Source: Chitinivibrionales bacterium (lineage in GTDB: Bacteria > Fibrobacterota > Chitinivibrionia > Chitinivibrionales > WJKA01). Taken from it: a stretch of DNA of 64,000 nt. Numbering within the stretch: position 1 is the first letter of the stretch; each line of letters opens with the position of its first letter. Both the position numbers and the translations under genes were made by a program. Below the pieces are notes generated by a model. The model was not told the origin of the DNA. It worked only from the letters and a program-made list of their open reading frames with translations, and searched no databases. Below, piece after piece: positions 50,543 to 64,000 of the stretch. Location of the stretch: contig JBBRUX010000007.1 of NCBI GenBank assembly GCA_038247415.1, forward strand, positions 42,579 to 106,578, given 5' to 3'.

Positions 50543-51384
50543 TTCAAAAACTGACCATCACCATTCTCGTTGACAATAATTCCGTTAATCCACAACTGGC
50601 AAGCGAGCACGGATTGTCAATCTGGATTGAAGCCGACGATTTCCGGTTTTTGTTCGACACTGGCCAGAGCGATAGTCTCATCCAGAATGCCGAAATGTTA
50701 GGCATAGATCTGAGCACTGCCGACGCGCTCGTTCTTTCTCATGGACATTATGATCATACCGGGGGTATCGTAGAAGTTCTGAACCTGAATCCAGGGATTA
50801 CCGTGTACTGTCATCCGGGAGTTTTTGTTCCGCGCTATAGCCGACAGCCGGACGGCACCATGAAACCTGTTGGTATGACACCTGAAGCATCGGATGCGCT
50901 TCATAAAAAAAATAATTTTCTTCATTGGGTATCTGGCCCAACACTTATTTCAGCAGACATCGGTATTACCAGTCAAGTACCCAGAATAACGGCATTTGAA
51001 GATACAGGAGGGGCATTTTACCTTGACGCAGAAGCCATGCTTCCGGACATGATCGATGATGATCTTGCAATGTGGATCAGGACTGAATCCGGGATAGTTA
51101 TCATAACTGGATGCTGCCATTCTGGCCTTGTCAATACACTAAAGTACATTGAAAAACTTTCTGATGTTTCGGAAATACATACAGTAATTGGAGGATTTCA
51201 CCTTCTTCATGCTTCACCGGAACGCATGAAGAAAACGTGTGATTATTTACAGTCAAAAAAAATTGCTCGGCTCGTATCTTGTCACTGCACCGGGGAAAAT
51301 GCCGCTAAATATTTACAGAAACAATGTGGCGAAAAACTGGTTTCGGGTGCTGTTGGGAAAAAACTTTCCGTTTCTTGTCAATGA
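50539..51384 (+). CDS. MBL-fold metallo-hydrolase
   Basis: EHGLS, LFDTG, SHGHYDHTGG, GCCHSG, GGFHL, CHCTG. Confidence 0.93.
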   Translation: MIQKLTITILVDNNSVNPQLASEHGLSIWIEADDFRFLFDTGQSDSLIQNAEMLGIDLSTADALVLSHGHYDHTGGIVEVLNLNPGITVYCHPGVFVPRYSRQPDGTMKPVGMTPEASDALHKKNNFLHWVSGPTLISADIGITSQVPRITAFEDTGGAFYLDAEAMLPDMIDDDLAMWIRTESGIVIITGCCHSGLVNTLKYIEKLSDVSEIHTVIGGFHLLHASPERMKKTCDYLQSKKIARLVSCHCTGENAAKYLQKQCGEKLVSGAVGKKLSVSCQ

Positions 51385-51752
51385 GCGCACTTGTGCTCTT
51401 CGCCCTGGTTTCCATGCGCCTGGCAACCATCACCCGAATCAATGACTTTTCCCTGCAAATATGCCTCGGCAACCTGTCGGGCATCCCCACTGTTACCACG
51501 AAACACCTCAATCCCATGCATGTTTAATACCCGCAGCGCTCCATCGCCCATATTTCCCGCAAGTAAAACAGATACGCCCTGTTCTTGTAATATGCTGGCA
51601 ATATTACTTTTGCATCCGCACCCTTGGGGTGACGGTAACTCTTGTGAAAGTGTAATCTTCTTATTGTCGTCAATTGTAAAAAGGGTGTACTTTTCGCAAT
51701 GACCAAAATGGTCGTCGACGTTCGTCCCTTTGGTAGGTAATGCAATTTTCAT
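51378..51752 (-). CDS. NifB/NifX-family protein
   Basis: DDHFGHCEKY, PSPQGCGCKS, AGNMGDGA. Confidence 0.9.
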   Translation of the reverse strand: MKIALPTKGTNVDDHFGHCEKYTLFTIDDNKKITLSQELPSPQGCGCKSNIASILQEQGVSVLLAGNMGDGALRVLNMHGIEVFRGNSGDARQVAEAYLQGKVIDSGDGCQAHGNQGEEHKCAH

Positions 51753-51784
51753 AAATCTCTCCAGTATTTGTTTGGTGCTTATTG

Positions 51785-51821
51785 AATTTCTGGTATATAA
51801 TAATAACAAATTATATTTTGC
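51785..51821. repeat. 37-bp element, copy 2
   Basis: AATTTCTGGTATATAATAATAACAAATTATATTTTGC, same orientation as 26688-26724. Confidence 0.75.
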
Positions 51822-51982
51822 TTACACTGATAAACAAGCTCTACACTTTGATATGTTCGATAATCCAAAACGGGTAGGAGTGTGTTCTAGCGCGGGAATG
51901 TTTTTAAAATTTGAAGAGTTATATACTATATTTGTTACGATTGACTATATTCAAATATTATGCAGTAAAGGACTATCACAGA

Positions 51983-52780
51983 ATGCTCTACAAGCAATAT
52001 TGGTTCTGGCTCATGGTTATTTCGGCGATCGTCTTTCTGCTAGAACGAATAGCACCGTGGCGTAAGAAGCAGAGAGCCCTTCGGCCCCAACTATTACAGG
52101 ACTTCTTTTGGCTTGCCTTCAACGGTTACCTCTTCGGCCGTTTTTTTGTCTTTATCCTAAAACCAATAAAGAGTGCTCTATTTGCCGCCTTCGAATCGGT
52201 TTTTAGGGTAGCACCTACACTTGATATCCTGCACAGCCTTCCCCTGATAGCACAGGTGCTTATGTGCCTTATTTTCCTTGACTTTATTGAATGGTGTGTC
52301 CACAACATGTTGCATCGCATTGGTTTTCTCTGGAGTTTTCACCGGGTACATCACTCCATTCATACCATGGACTGGATCGGAAACTTCAGGTTTCACTGGA
52401 TGGAGTTGATTATCTATAACACCTTCAAGTTTCTTCCGATAGCGCTGGTTATCGGTAATCGCTGGGAGGTGCTGCTGTGGGTTGCTATTATTTCAACGTT
52501 CGTAGGCCACCTTAATCATTCCAACTTATTCATTTCGTGGGGCCCTTTGCGGTACATTTTCAACTCTCCCCGAATGCATATCTGGCACCATGATAAGCGC
52601 CCGTCGAACAAGGTTGGATATAACTTTGGTATTGTGTTAAGCTGCTGGGATTGGATATTTGGTACAGCGTATATGCCGCTTACTAGAACACCAGAGGCAC
52701 TCGGCTTTCGTGGAGATGAAAGATTTCCCGATTGTATTGCAAGTAGGTTTTTTGCACCGTTTATTGATCGGAAATCCTGA
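51983..52780 (+). CDS. Sterol desaturase / fatty acid hydroxylase family protein
   Basis: His boxes HNMLH, HRVHH, HLNH and HIWHH. Confidence 0.92.
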   Translation: MLYKQYWFWLMVISAIVFLLERIAPWRKKQRALRPQLLQDFFWLAFNGYLFGRFFVFILKPIKSALFAAFESVFRVAPTLDILHSLPLIAQVLMCLIFLDFIEWCVHNMLHRIGFLWSFHRVHHSIHTMDWIGNFRFHWMELIIYNTFKFLPIALVIGNRWEVLLWVAIISTFVGHLNHSNLFISWGPLRYIFNSPRMHIWHHDKRPSNKVGYNFGIVLSCWDWIFGTAYMPLTRTPEALGFRGDERFPDCIASRFFAPFIDRKS

Positions 52781-52784
52781 CAGG

Positions 52785-53678
52785 CTAATGCGAGCTTTCC
52801 GACATCAATTCATATCCAGCAATAACATCGAACAACTCTTCGTCAATCGAGTCCTGACGCAACCGATGGAATGTCCCCGTGAACTCTCCCAGCAGTTCAT
52901 CAATATTTTTATCGGCTCGCTCCATTGCTGCCAGCCGGCTTGCATTCTCGCTCGCTAGCGATTCGGCGCACGCTCGAAAAAGCGAGACGAAAAGGTATTC
53001 GCGGATTAGTGCGCTCAGGATTACACGCTTGTCGTTTAAGACTTCGGGGAGATTTTCTGTGGGCCATGAAAGATCTATAAGTCTGTCGCGCCAGGCCTTG
53101 TCCAATGGCAGTAATTTCTGACAAACTGGCTTGTATGCCGATCCCGCTGTCGGGCGATTGTAGAAGAGATGGAGTGTGGCGACTTCTCCTCTTGTGCGAT
53201 GCTTCTGGTTTTCGATAAGAATCTTGCCTACAAGTGGGGCGATTCCCTTTACAGAATTTGGAACAGCAAATAGTCCTGCCATCGATTGTCCCGCATCCGT
53301 CAGCCGTACATGAACTCGTTCTCCTACAGCCCATATACGCGGTTTTCCGGGAAGCTTAGCAAGACTATTCGTTGCATAATCTGCCACCACATCATTAAAC
53401 CGGCCTACGAGACCCTGGTCGGAACCAAACACGACCGCGCCAAACGTTCCTGCATCGTCCTGTGTATGCATCTCATCAATCAAAACATCCGGGCCGCGTT
53501 CACGAAAACAGACTCCGAGTCCACGCTCAACAGTGTGGTAATAGTCTGCCAATGCACGCACGGAATTCTCATATTGTCCAATGCTTGAGGCTGCCATTGC
53601 TTTCATGGTGCGGACAACCGATTGGAGGTCTGAGGCGCTCTTAATTTTTCGACGCAGGCTGGCAATGGAATCGCTCAT
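52785..53678 (-). CDS. atpG: N-type ATP synthase gamma subunit
   Basis: [36 protein letters not shown]. Confidence 0.96.
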   Translation of the reverse strand: MSDSIASLRRKIKSASDLQSVVRTMKAMAASSIGQYENSVRALADYYHTVERGLGVCFRERGPDVLIDEMHTQDDAGTFGAVVFGSDQGLVGRFNDVVADYATNSLAKLPGKPRIWAVGERVHVRLTDAGQSMAGLFAVPNSVKGIAPLVGKILIENQKHRTRGEVATLHLFYNRPTAGSAYKPVCQKLLPLDKAWRDRLIDLSWPTENLPEVLNDKRVILSALIREYLFVSLFRACAESLASENASRLAAMERADKNIDELLGEFTGTFHRLRQDSIDEELFDVIAGYELMSESSH

Positions 53679-55261
53679 GGATTCTCCTTAAGAGCAGGAT
53701 CTGGTTTGCCCTCGGGTACAGGTTCCGGTGGTGCCGGCAGGAAACGTGCGAGGGCTTTTCGGGCGATATCGATAACTGTATTCCGATCCTCATCACTCAA
53801 TTTCGCTGCGGTTTCGAATCGTGTACGCACGGGCGCCGCAATGTGTACCGCCGCCTCGATTACCGCGTGCTCGGCCTCTGCCATTTTGTTTAGCGGCACA
53901 GCATCGAAGAGCTTTTCAGTCAATGCCAGAAGCATCGTAATTTGGGCTGGTACCGACACCGGGGAGAATTCCGGTTGCTTAAGGACGGCACGGATCCGTC
54001 GTCCATGCTCGATAATCATACGTGTGTTATCATCCAGACGCGCGCCGAACCGGGCGAACGTTTCGAGCTCCCCGAACTGCGAGTAGGCGAGTTTGAGGTC
54101 GCCTGCAACTGATCGGTAGGCTGCAAACTGCGCCTTGCCGCCCACACGCGACACAGATTTTCCCACGTCAACCGCGGGAAGCACACCTAATTCGAAGAGC
54201 GACGGAGAAAGGTAGATTTGACCATCGGTTATGGAAATCAGGTTGGTCGGTATGTAGGCTGAAATGTTCTGAGCTTCGGTCTCGATGATGGGTAGTGCAG
54301 TAAGGGATCCATTGCCGCGTTCTTTTGACAGATGTGTTGCTCGTTCGAGCAGTCGCGAATGTATATAAAAGATATCGCCGGGGAACGCTTCGCGTCCAGG
54401 GGGTCGACGAAGCAGCAGTGAAAGCTCACGATATGCGCGGGCATGCTGCGTAAGGTCATCGTATACGATAAGAACGTCCCGTCCCGATTCCATGAAATGT
54501 TCCGCGATACTCGTTGCTGCATAGGGTGCGATATAGGTGAGCCCTGGGGGCGCGTTGCCTTCGGTTACCACAACTACAGTGTACTCCATCGCATTTTTTT
54601 CTCGCAAGACGGCCACTGTTTTTGCCACGGCAGAAGCACGTTGACCGATAGCACAGTAAACACACAAGACATTCTTGCCGCGCTGGTTAAGGATCGTGTC
54701 GATCGCAATTGCAGTTTTCCCTGTCTGACGATCACCCAGAATGAGTTCCCGCTGGCCACGTCCAACAGGAATAAGCGCATCAATAACTTTAAGGCCAGTT
54801 TGGAGCGGTACAGTAACCGGAGCGCGATCCATGATAGGCGCCGCGCGTCGTTCGATGGGTAAACGCTTACTTGCTGCTACAATTCCTTTTGTATCCAGAG
54901 GTCTTCCCAGCGGATCAATAATACGACCTAATAATCCGTCTCCTACCGCTACATCCATGACTCGGCCGGTGCGTTCAACTTCATCACCGGCATGGAGATG
55001 TTGATATTCTCCAAGCAGTACGACACCTATTTCGTCTTCATCTACATCAAACGCGATACCGAACGTATCGCCGGGAAATACCACCAGTTCCTCAAAACCA
55101 ACTCCCGGAAGACCACAGACCCGTGCAATTCCTGTGGAAACCATGGTGATTGTGCCAACTTCGCGCGGTATAAATGACGATCCAATTGTTTCCCGAACTT
55201 GAGCAACGGCGGTAAACACATTGTCAACAACTGTCTGAAGGTTCGGAGAGTTGCTATTCAT
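53675..55261 (-). CDS. atpA: N-type ATP synthase alpha subunit
   Basis: [34 protein letters not shown]. Confidence 0.98.
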   Translation of the reverse strand: MNSNSPNLQTVVDNVFTAVAQVRETIGSSFIPREVGTITMVSTGIARVCGLPGVGFEELVVFPGDTFGIAFDVDEDEIGVVLLGEYQHLHAGDEVERTGRVMDVAVGDGLLGRIIDPLGRPLDTKGIVAASKRLPIERRAAPIMDRAPVTVPLQTGLKVIDALIPVGRGQRELILGDRQTGKTAIAIDTILNQRGKNVLCVYCAIGQRASAVAKTVAVLREKNAMEYTVVVVTEGNAPPGLTYIAPYAATSIAEHFMESGRDVLIVYDDLTQHARAYRELSLLLRRPPGREAFPGDIFYIHSRLLERATHLSKERGNGSLTALPIIETEAQNISAYIPTNLISITDGQIYLSPSLFELGVLPAVDVGKSVSRVGGKAQFAAYRSVAGDLKLAYSQFGELETFARFGARLDDNTRMIIEHGRRIRAVLKQPEFSPVSVPAQITMLLALTEKLFDAVPLNKMAEAEHAVIEAAVHIAAPVRTRFETAAKLSDEDRNTVIDIARKALARFLPAPPEPVPEGKPDPALKENP

Positions 55262-56079
55262 TGTTTTTTTTGCTCTAGCTCAGGTTCAAGGGATTTAGTC
55301 GGTACGGGGGCTTGGAGTTTGTTACTTTCTTTAAGGAGCTCATCAACACTTTTTTCCATCGATGTCAAATATTCTTTTATGCTCCAGGCTACTTTCTGCC
55401 CATTACTCGTGAGTTCGATTCCACTAACGAGCTCCGGAGAGGTTTCGAACTGGATGTGGATTTCTGCGGAAAACGTTTCGTTGAGTGCGTTGTGCAGTGC
55501 AGTCTGTTGCTCTGGAGGCAAGTCGATAGCGCTGCGTAAAAGGAGAGGGTCGGACGTTGCTTTTTGAGTTTGAAGGAAAAGCTGTTTTGCCTGATCGTCC
55601 AGAGCCCTCAGATTACGAATGAACGCGTCTACCATTCGTTCTTCCAGATTCGCATGAGCGAGATCTGTTAGCGTCTTTCTCGCTATGACAAATACCTCCT
55701 GACTGATCCGGCTACTAAGAGCCTGCTGCAAGTTATGGGCTTCGGTTGCTCGCGTTTCGCTGTGCTTACTGTTTAAGGTTTCAGCATCGGTGCGCGCTTG
55801 GGCAAGAAGTCTTTCCCGTTCTGTATTTGCATCGTCTGTAGCTTTAGTCAAGAGTATGGCACGTTGTTTCTCGAACTCTTCGTTTTTGTGTGCAAACTCA
55901 TCACGCTCCTTTTGGGCTTCTGTCTTTTTGTGGGCGGCATCCGCAATCTTGGCGACGATCAGCTTCTCCCGTGCATCGATGGCGTTGAGTATGGGCTTGT
56001 ACAAAAAACGCTTCATCAACCAAATTAGAATGACAAAGTTGAGCACTTGCGCTGCAATAGTAAACCAATCTATAAGCAT
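55258..56079 (-). CDS. atpF: N-type ATP synthase subunit b with delta-like extension
   Basis: MLIDWFT..AQ..NF, coiled coil, C-terminal GIEL...G.KVAWS. Confidence 0.93.
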   Translation of the reverse strand: MLIDWFTIAAQVLNFVILIWLMKRFLYKPILNAIDAREKLIVAKIADAAHKKTEAQKERDEFAHKNEEFEKQRAILLTKATDDANTERERLLAQARTDAETLNSKHSETRATEAHNLQQALSSRISQEVFVIARKTLTDLAHANLEERMVDAFIRNLRALDDQAKQLFLQTQKATSDPLLLRSAIDLPPEQQTALHNALNETFSAEIHIQFETSPELVSGIELTSNGQKVAWSIKEYLTSMEKSVDELLKESNKLQAPVPTKSLEPELEQKKQ

Positions 56080-56082
56080 AGG

Positions 56083-56364
56083 TTACTTCCCTACGGTTTG
56101 AGCTATAACATAGTTCCAGAATGGGTTGGCAAAAATAAGAATCATTGACACCACAAAACAGTAAATGGCCGTTGATTCGATCATCGCCAGACCTACAAAA
56201 AGCGTTCGGGTTATAGTCGCCGAAGCATCGGGCTGTTGTGCCAACGAAGAAAGTGCGGTCGCAACTGCTTTCCCTTCGGAGAGCGCCGGTCCCATTGTAC
56301 CGAAACCGGTGGTAATGCCCGCGAATGCGATTGAGGCAACTGCAATGATGGTCATGCTGTCCAT
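56083..56364 (-). CDS. atpE: N-type ATP synthase subunit c
   Basis: PALSEG, AQQP, MIESTAIY (Na+-type ligand set). Confidence 0.97.
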   Translation of the reverse strand: MDSMTIIAVASIAFAGITTGFGTMGPALSEGKAVATALSSLAQQPDASATITRTLFVGLAMIESTAIYCFVVSMILIFANPFWNYVIAQTVGK

Positions 56365-56385
56365 GGAGACTCCCTTGGTTGATTT

Positions 56386-57096
56386 TTAGGCGTTTTTCAA
56401 TTTCTGTTTCGTTTCAGTATGCTTTTTTGGTTTACTCGCGCGAGTTGCGGCTGCAATATATACCGCTGCCAGTATTGCGAATATATAGGCCTGAACCATT
56501 CCCGTAAGCAGGCCGAGTACCGTCATAACAATAGGAAAAATGAACGGCGTTATGGTAAGCAGTATCCCGATAATCATCGCGCCGCTCATCATGTTTCCGA
56601 ACAGGCGGATTGCTAGGGCAAGGGTGCGGGAAATTTCGCTGATTATATTAAATGGCAGCATGATGAATGTCGGTTCGACATAGGACTTGAGGTAGCTGCC
56701 CAACCCCTGTTGACGGATGCCGAAAAGTGGCACGGCCACAAACACACACAAGGCAAGCGCCGCGGTGGTCGAGACTGAGCCGGTGGGTGGCTCATAGCCG
56801 GGAATGACTGTAAAGAGATTCGCCATGGCAATAAACAGGAAAATCGTCCCCAAAAAACCGAGATACTTTTCAGGATTTGGCAGGCCGATTTCTTCGATCT
56901 GTTTCTTAAAGGCGGTAACGATGATTTCCAGCATGTTCTGCCAGCGCGAACGATTGTGATCGGTTGATAATTTGCGCGTAATCAGTTTTGAGCCTAGGGC
57001 CAAGAAAAGCATGAGCGCCCACGTGAATACGATGGTGGCGTTGAGCTTGAGAAATCCGTAGTGCCAGAAGACCATTTGGTCGGGGCTAAGGCGCAT
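56386..57096 (-). CDS. atpB: N-type ATP synthase subunit a
   Basis: PPT, SRTLALAIRLFGN, QAYIF..LA..YI. Confidence 0.96.
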   Translation of the reverse strand: MRLSPDQMVFWHYGFLKLNATIVFTWALMLFLALGSKLITRKLSTDHNRSRWQNMLEIIVTAFKKQIEEIGLPNPEKYLGFLGTIFLFIAMANLFTVIPGYEPPTGSVSTTAALALCVFVAVPLFGIRQQGLGSYLKSYVEPTFIMLPFNIISEISRTLALAIRLFGNMMSGAMIIGILLTITPFIFPIVMTVLGLLTGMVQAYIFAILAAVYIAAATRASKPKKHTETKQKLKNA

Positions 57097-57394
57097 AGCG
57101 AGCCTCCTGTACCGGGCGGTTTTTTCCCGGCCGTTGGGTCATCCGCGTCACAACCAGCCGCGCCACGAAAAATCCAACAAGACACAGTAACAGCCTTTCC
57201 CAATGATTGCTGGACACAAGGTAAAAACCTCCCAGAATGATGCTTGTTCGCAGCAACAAGCTGCCCACGAACCAGAGCGCTGGCCGTTTTGATGAGATCC
57301 CTTTTCGAACTGTCCACCACAGGCCGCCAAAAAAGATTATACCAAGCGCCCCACCTGCCAACAACGAAAGTATTAAGGTAAGCGTTTCATTCAT
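57086..57394 (-). CDS. atpR: N-ATPase AtpR subunit
   Basis: FFGGLWWTV, SLLLR, GFFVAR; position between atpQ and atpB. Confidence 0.87.
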   Translation of the reverse strand: MNETLTLILSLLAGGALGIIFFGGLWWTVRKGISSKRPALWFVGSLLLRTSIILGGFYLVSSNHWERLLLCLVGFFVARLVVTRMTQRPGKNRPVQEARYAP

Positions 57395-57717
57395 CGTTCT
57401 CCTCCTGTTCCTCTCGCATGAGTGTATCTTGCCGTGAAACCCAATGCCATGCATTGAGGCAACCGATGATCAGACCGAATAGCAGCAGCGTGAGGGTCCA
57501 CGAGATAGTGCCGTGTTTACTAGTGTCAATCCACACACCGAGCGCCGCGCCAAGGAGTGTGGGTACGACCACCGACCAGCCAATCAGTCCCATCATGCCA
57601 AGGCCAAACCAGACCCCCGCAGATGCATTACGGCGCGATTTAAGTTTACGTGCCACTTTCATACCGACCTGGCCGACCAGTGACGGTTCGTTTTTCGCTT
57701 GTTGAGACGGAATTTTG

Positions 57718-57725
<8 letters not shown>
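57387..57725 (-). CDS. atpQ: N-ATPase AtpQ (AtpZ/AtpI family) subunit
   Basis: WFGLGMMGLIGWSVVVPTLLG, GCLNAWHWV. Confidence 0.9.
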
Positions 57726-59551
<1,826 letters not shown>

Positions 59552-60631
59552 TTACCCCTTGAATTTCGCGCTCTTTCCCGCGATGCAGTCCATGAGTTCG
59601 CTCCACGACTTTCTGAATGACTGCGCTCCCTCACGCTGAAGCTGCGTGGCAAGCGCAGTTTCATCGACTCCGGCTCGCGCAAATTCAGCTATCACAGCAT
59701 CGGAATCCCCGCCATCAAGAGGCATTTCGCCTGTCACCAATCCATGGTCCGCAAAAGCAAGCAGCGTCTTTTCGGGCATGGTGTTGATTGTGTCGGGGGC
59801 CGCCAGCTTTTCGACATAAAGAGTGTCAAGGGCGTGTGGGTCCTTGGTTCCCGTGCTGCCCCATAAAAGGCGTTGTGGTTGTGCGCCTCCTTTGGCGAGA
59901 TCTTGCCAATGGGGCGTGGCCAACAGCTCACGATAGGCCTTGTAGGTTTTCCTGGCAACCGCAATCGCAAGAGAATTGCGATGATCTGCGGGATTTTTTT
60001 TATGTATGGCCACGTCCCAGCGACTGACAAATATCGATGCAACGGAACTGACATTTGGGTCAAGACCGGCTTCAATCCGCCGTGCAATACCTCGCATATA
60101 TGCCCTTGCGGCTGCAATGTATTGTTCCTTGGAAAACAACAGGGTAACATTCACGGAAACCCCGGCAAAGATTGTCTCCTCGATAGCATGTATACCCTGC
60201 GGCGTACCTGGAATCTTGATAAAAAGATTTGGCCGGTTCGCGCGATCATGAAGTTCCTTCGCGGCTTTGATTGTCCCGGCCGTATCGTCGGACAAAAAGG
60301 GGGAAACTTCCAGTGATACCCACCCGTCAACTCCTCCGGTGGCGTCATAGGTGGGCCGAAAGAGGTCCGCGGCCCGTTTCAGGTCCTCAAGAGCAAGCTC
60401 GAAGAACAGCGCCTCCCCCGACATTCCCGCGGCTGCCTTCCGATGTATGGCGTCGTCATAGAACCCCGCGTCCTTGATCGCCTTTTCGAATATTGTGGGG
60501 TTGGAGGTCAGTCCGGTAACCGATAACCCGTCGATATACTTCCGGAGCGTACCGCTGTCGAGTAATTGGCGTGTGATGTCATCGAGCCACAGGCTCTGGC
60601 CGAGATCGTGTAGTTGCTGTGTCGATTTCAT
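59552..60631 (-). CDS. tal: Transaldolase
   Basis: GQSLWLD, TSNPTIF, FIKIPGT, NVTLLFS, STGTK. Confidence 0.95.
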   Translation of the reverse strand: MKSTQQLHDLGQSLWLDDITRQLLDSGTLRKYIDGLSVTGLTSNPTIFEKAIKDAGFYDDAIHRKAAAGMSGEALFFELALEDLKRAADLFRPTYDATGGVDGWVSLEVSPFLSDDTAGTIKAAKELHDRANRPNLFIKIPGTPQGIHAIEETIFAGVSVNVTLLFSKEQYIAAARAYMRGIARRIEAGLDPNVSSVASIFVSRWDVAIHKKNPADHRNSLAIAVARKTYKAYRELLATPHWQDLAKGGAQPQRLLWGSTGTKDPHALDTLYVEKLAAPDTINTMPEKTLLAFADHGLVTGEMPLDGGDSDAVIAEFARAGVDETALATQLQREGAQSFRKSWSELMDCIAGKSAKFKG

Positions 60632-63021
60632 TTTTTCTCCTTGTTAGGCGTGTGATGAGAGAACGTGGGCCACTTCCAGTCCCTGATTTCCGGCAAATCC
60701 AGACCGTTTTTGTTGATGTATTCCCGATGTTCGACGAGCTTATCCTCCAATGTCCGTTTCAACGCAACGCCTCTTGCCCCCAATTGTGGCAGACGATTAA
60801 TTACATCTATTACCAGGTGAAACCGATCGAGGTCGTTGAGCACCAGATTGTCAAAAAAGGTAGTGATCGTACCTTCCTCCTTGTAACCACGGACATGCAT
60901 GTTTGCATGGTTGGTACGGCGGTAGGTAAGAAGATGTATTAGCTTTGGATATCCGTGAAAGGCAAAAACAATGTGCTTGTTTTTTGTAAATATGGTATCA
61001 AATTCAGCATCCGTTAGTCCGTGTGGATGTTCTGTGCTGGATTCAAGTTTCATAAGATCGACTACATTAACCACCCTGATTTTCAGGTCAGGAAAATGTT
61101 CCCGAAGAATAGAAACTGCTGCCAGTGATTCGAGTGTTGGCACGTCACCACAACTCGCCATGACCACATCAGGCTCTGAGTCCTGATCATTACTTGCCCA
61201 TTGCCAGATACTAATTCCACGGGTGCAATGTGCGATGGCATCTTCCATGTTTAACCATTGAGGAGCCAGATATTTTCCGGCAATCACCACATTTACATAA
61301 TGGCGGCTTCTCAGGCAATGATCCGCAACGGACAATAAGCAGTTGGCATCCGGTGGCAGATACACCCGCGCGATCGACGCTTTTTTGTTTACCACATGGT
61401 CAATGAACCCCGGATCCTGATGCGTGTCGCCATTGTGTGCCTGTTGCCAGACATGTGAGGCAAGCAGGTAATTCAGTGATGCTATTTTTTTTCTCCAAGG
61501 CAACTTGGCGCTAATTTTCAACCACTTGGCATGTTGATTAAACATCGAGTCGACAATATGAATAAATGCTTCATAGCTTGTAAACAGCCCGTGCCGTCCG
61601 GTAAGCAGATACCCTTCAAGCCAGCCTTCACACTGATGCTCGCTCAACATTTCCATGGCACGTCCCTGATTTGCAAGGAATTCATCGTTTTCGACTGTTT
61701 CAGCTTCCCACTGTCGGTTTGTCACTTCAAAAACGGCATTCAACCGGTTGGAAAGGATTTCGTCGGGGCCGAAAATCCGGAAATTTCTTTGTTTCATGTT
61801 GAGCTTGATTACATCTCTAAGAAATACACCCAATTCATGCGTGTCGGAAGCGTCGACCGATCCCGGCGAAGGCACGTTCACCGCATAGGCGCGAAAATCC
61901 GGTAAAGTCAAGTCGCGCAGCAACAACCCCCCGTTGGCATGAGGATTAGACCCCATCCTTCGTTCTCCTTTGGGCGCAAGCTCTGCCAATTCAGAATTGA
62001 GCCGTCCCTCTTTGTCAAAGAGTTCCTCCGGCTTATAACTTTTCATCCAGTTTTCAAGAATCGCCAGGTGATCCGGATGATCAACATCAACGAGTAGTGG
62101 AATTTGATGTGCCCGAAATGTCCCCTCTATCTGGAGTCCATCTACTTTTTTAGGTCCGGTCCAACCCTTAGGCGAATTGAATACAATCATTGGCCAGCGT
62201 GGCCTTTTGGGGTCGTTATGATTTCGCGCATTGTTTTGAATGTGTTGAATATCCTCCACAACTTCTTCTAAAACACCTGCCATGAGTTGATGCATCTCCT
62301 GCGGATTATCCCCTTCGACAAAGTATGGCTTCCACCCATAGCCCAAGAGCAACTGTTCCAGTTCTTCATGTGGAATTCGAGCCAGCACAGCAGGATTGGC
62401 AATCTTGTATCCATTCAAATGCAGAATGGGTAATACTGCTCCGTCTGTAATGGGGTTGAGAAATTTGTTGGAATGCCATGCCGTCGCCAGGGGACCGGTT
62501 TCTGCTTCGCCATCACCGATAATACACGCCACTATCATCTCCGGATTATCAAATGCGGCCCCGAAGGCATGACTGAGCGAATACCCCAGTTCCCCACCTT
62601 CGTGAATAGATCCCGGGCAATCGGGCGAGACATGACTTGGAATGCCACCTGGAAAAGAAAATTGAGTGAATAATTTTTTCAGTCCAGCTTCATTCTGGCT
62701 GATATTTGGATAGATCTCACTGTACGTGCCTTCCAAATAAGTATTACCTACCAAGGCCGGGCCACCGTGACCGGGCCCCGCGATGTAGATCATGTCAAGG
62801 TCATACTTCCTGATGACCCGGTTGAGGTGCGCATAGATAAAATTCTGCCCCGGTGTGGTGCCCCAGTGCCCAAGGAGCATCGATTTTACATGCGATAGTT
62901 GCAGCGGCTCCCGAAGCAAGGGATTGTCCCGGAGATAAAGCTGGCCAACCGACAGATAGTTGGCCGCGCGCCAATAGGCGCTTATTTTTCGCAAATCTTC
63001 GGACGACAATGGTGTGTTCAT
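60628..63021 (-). CDS. xfp: Phosphoketolase (XFP family)
   Basis: [47 protein letters not shown]. Confidence 0.96.
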   Translation of the reverse strand: MNTPLSSEDLRKISAYWRAANYLSVGQLYLRDNPLLREPLQLSHVKSMLLGHWGTTPGQNFIYAHLNRVIRKYDLDMIYIAGPGHGGPALVGNTYLEGTYSEIYPNISQNEAGLKKLFTQFSFPGGIPSHVSPDCPGSIHEGGELGYSLSHAFGAAFDNPEMIVACIIGDGEAETGPLATAWHSNKFLNPITDGAVLPILHLNGYKIANPAVLARIPHEELEQLLLGYGWKPYFVEGDNPQEMHQLMAGVLEEVVEDIQHIQNNARNHNDPKRPRWPMIVFNSPKGWTGPKKVDGLQIEGTFRAHQIPLLVDVDHPDHLAILENWMKSYKPEELFDKEGRLNSELAELAPKGERRMGSNPHANGGLLLRDLTLPDFRAYAVNVPSPGSVDASDTHELGVFLRDVIKLNMKQRNFRIFGPDEILSNRLNAVFEVTNRQWEAETVENDEFLANQGRAMEMLSEHQCEGWLEGYLLTGRHGLFTSYEAFIHIVDSMFNQHAKWLKISAKLPWRKKIASLNYLLASHVWQQAHNGDTHQDPGFIDHVVNKKASIARVYLPPDANCLLSVADHCLRSRHYVNVVIAGKYLAPQWLNMEDAIAHCTRGISIWQWASNDQDSEPDVVMASCGDVPTLESLAAVSILREHFPDLKIRVVNVVDLMKLESSTEHPHGLTDAEFDTIFTKNKHIVFAFHGYPKLIHLLTYRRTNHANMHVRGYKEEGTITTFFDNLVLNDLDRFHLVIDVINRLPQLGARGVALKRTLEDKLVEHREYINKNGLDLPEIRDWKWPTFSHHTPNKEKK

Positions 63022-63563
63022 GATTCATTTTCTCCTCTATTTTTCGTATGGTTACTGCGTTTGTTAAGCATAGGTTTGATTCCATTTTTTTCAATTTTAT
63101 TTATTTTAGTCAAACGGCGGCGATGACGTGGCATATCGTTAAACCGTGCGTCAAGGAATGTTTTCACCAGCTCCCAGGCAAGCGCCGGTCCAACCACGCG
63201 TCCACCTATACAAATCATATTCAGGTTATCGTCCTCAACACCCTGATGAGCGGAAAAGGTGTCGTTGATCAAACATGCCCTTACATCCGCCACCTTGTTG
63301 CCGGCGACACACGCGCCCACACCGCTGCCGCAAATGGCCACGCCGCGATCGACTTCGCCCCGGGCTATGGCCTGGGCCATGGGAACAACATAATCCGGGA
63401 AATCATCTTTTTTATCCATGCGTATGTTGCCGAAGTCTGAGACCTTGTATCCTGCCGCACGCAACAGCTTCACCAGGTTCTGTTTTAATTCAAAACCTCC
63501 ATGATCGGCGGCTATGCCGATGCGTTTGGGAACAGACTGCGAATTTTTATTCATCATTTCCAC
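63018..63563 (-). CDS. rpiB: Ribose 5-phosphate isomerase B (RpiB/LacA/LacB family)
   Basis: AADHGG, DFPD, CGSGVG, RHRRR. Confidence 0.93.
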   Translation of the reverse strand: MEMMNKNSQSVPKRIGIAADHGGFELKQNLVKLLRAAGYKVSDFGNIRMDKKDDFPDYVVPMAQAIARGEVDRGVAICGSGVGACVAGNKVADVRACLINDTFSAHQGVEDDNLNMICIGGRVVGPALAWELVKTFLDARFNDMPRHRRRLTKINKIEKNGIKPMLNKRSNHTKNRGENES

Positions 63564-63588
63564 TTGCTAATTTACCTTTTTTAAAAAA

Positions 63589-64000
63589 TCATTTCTTGGT
63601 CCCCTGTTCTTCTGTCCAATACCCGTTTTGTTTGTAATGCCGGTGCAATTCGGTTTCATAATCCCGGGTGAGAGATTCCTGCGTGTATTCCGGCGCTTGC
63701 TTGATATTATCGCACGATAAGTTGACAAATACCTTCGCTTCATCCCAACTGACCCGTTCAATCCATTTCGGTGAAACCAAGACGTGTTTTCCTGGCCACC
63801 AGTTTTTTGTATCGACAACAAGATATCGAATCGACCACGTCTCCTCATCGATAATGAAATCTTCAATATGGCCGATTTCACCATCCGTCGCCTGGATATG
63901 ATAGCCGGTCACTGCGTTTGAGCTTCGTAGATTATGGTCCCAGGCTTTCTCACGGATGGCTCTGTTCTTTGCGGTATCTGGATCATCGTTGATATTTGGA
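63589..64000 (-). CDS. PRC-barrel domain protein (5' end outside window)
   Basis: Frame open to the window edge: WDHNLRSSNAVTGYHIQATDGEIGHIEDFIID..W.IRYLVVDT..WWPG. Confidence 0.87.
   Translation of the reverse strand, partial: PNINDDPDTAKNRAIREKAWDHNLRSSNAVTGYHIQATDGEIGHIEDFIIDEETWSIRYLVVDTKNWWPGKHVLVSPKWIERVSWDEAKVFVNLSCDNIKQAPEYTQESLTRDYETELHRHYKQNGYWTEEQGTKK

Noticed and set aside
45431..51752. NifX-like genes as evidence of nitrogen fixation
   Set aside because: No nifH, nifD, nifK, nifE or nifN in the window; this family is widespread in non-diazotrophic anaerobes.

Overview
Bacterial chromosomal window, probably from an anaerobic Fibrobacterota (Chitinivibrionia-like) organism. This is inferred from a TIGR02147 gene, a FISUMP-domain relic and a T9SS-like C-terminal domain. 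Left to right: (1) a CzcB/CzcA-type heavy-metal RND pair followed by an MbnP/MbnH pair; (2) an SPFH gene, a small leader ORF and a P-type ATPase relic; (3) a tightly coupled 8-gene minus-strand operon joining CDP-sugar synthesis (rfbF, rfbG, SDR reductase) to a synthase-type polysaccharide module (TPR, BcsA-like GT2, GH26, secreted beta-propeller, outer-membrane barrel); (4) a divergent TIGR02147 plus lipoprotein pair, and lgt; (5) a thioredoxin/ferredoxin cluster with a sigma-54 promoter, a tRNA thiolase-like gene and a PAS/sigma-54 activator of OrpR type; (6) a ~13 kb segment bounded by two diverged copies of the enolase 5' end, holding toxin-antitoxin/defence relics and a Fur/Zur-controlled metal-uptake locus led by a CxxC...RAPP leader ORF; (7) enolase; (8) an Orp-like NifX/Mrp/MinD-ferredoxin cluster with divergent sigma-54 promoters; (9) a complete N-ATPase operon continuous with rpiB, phosphoketolase and transaldolase. 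No rRNA, tRNA, CRISPR array, integrase or transposase was recognised. All calls come from reading motifs by eye; no database searches were run.
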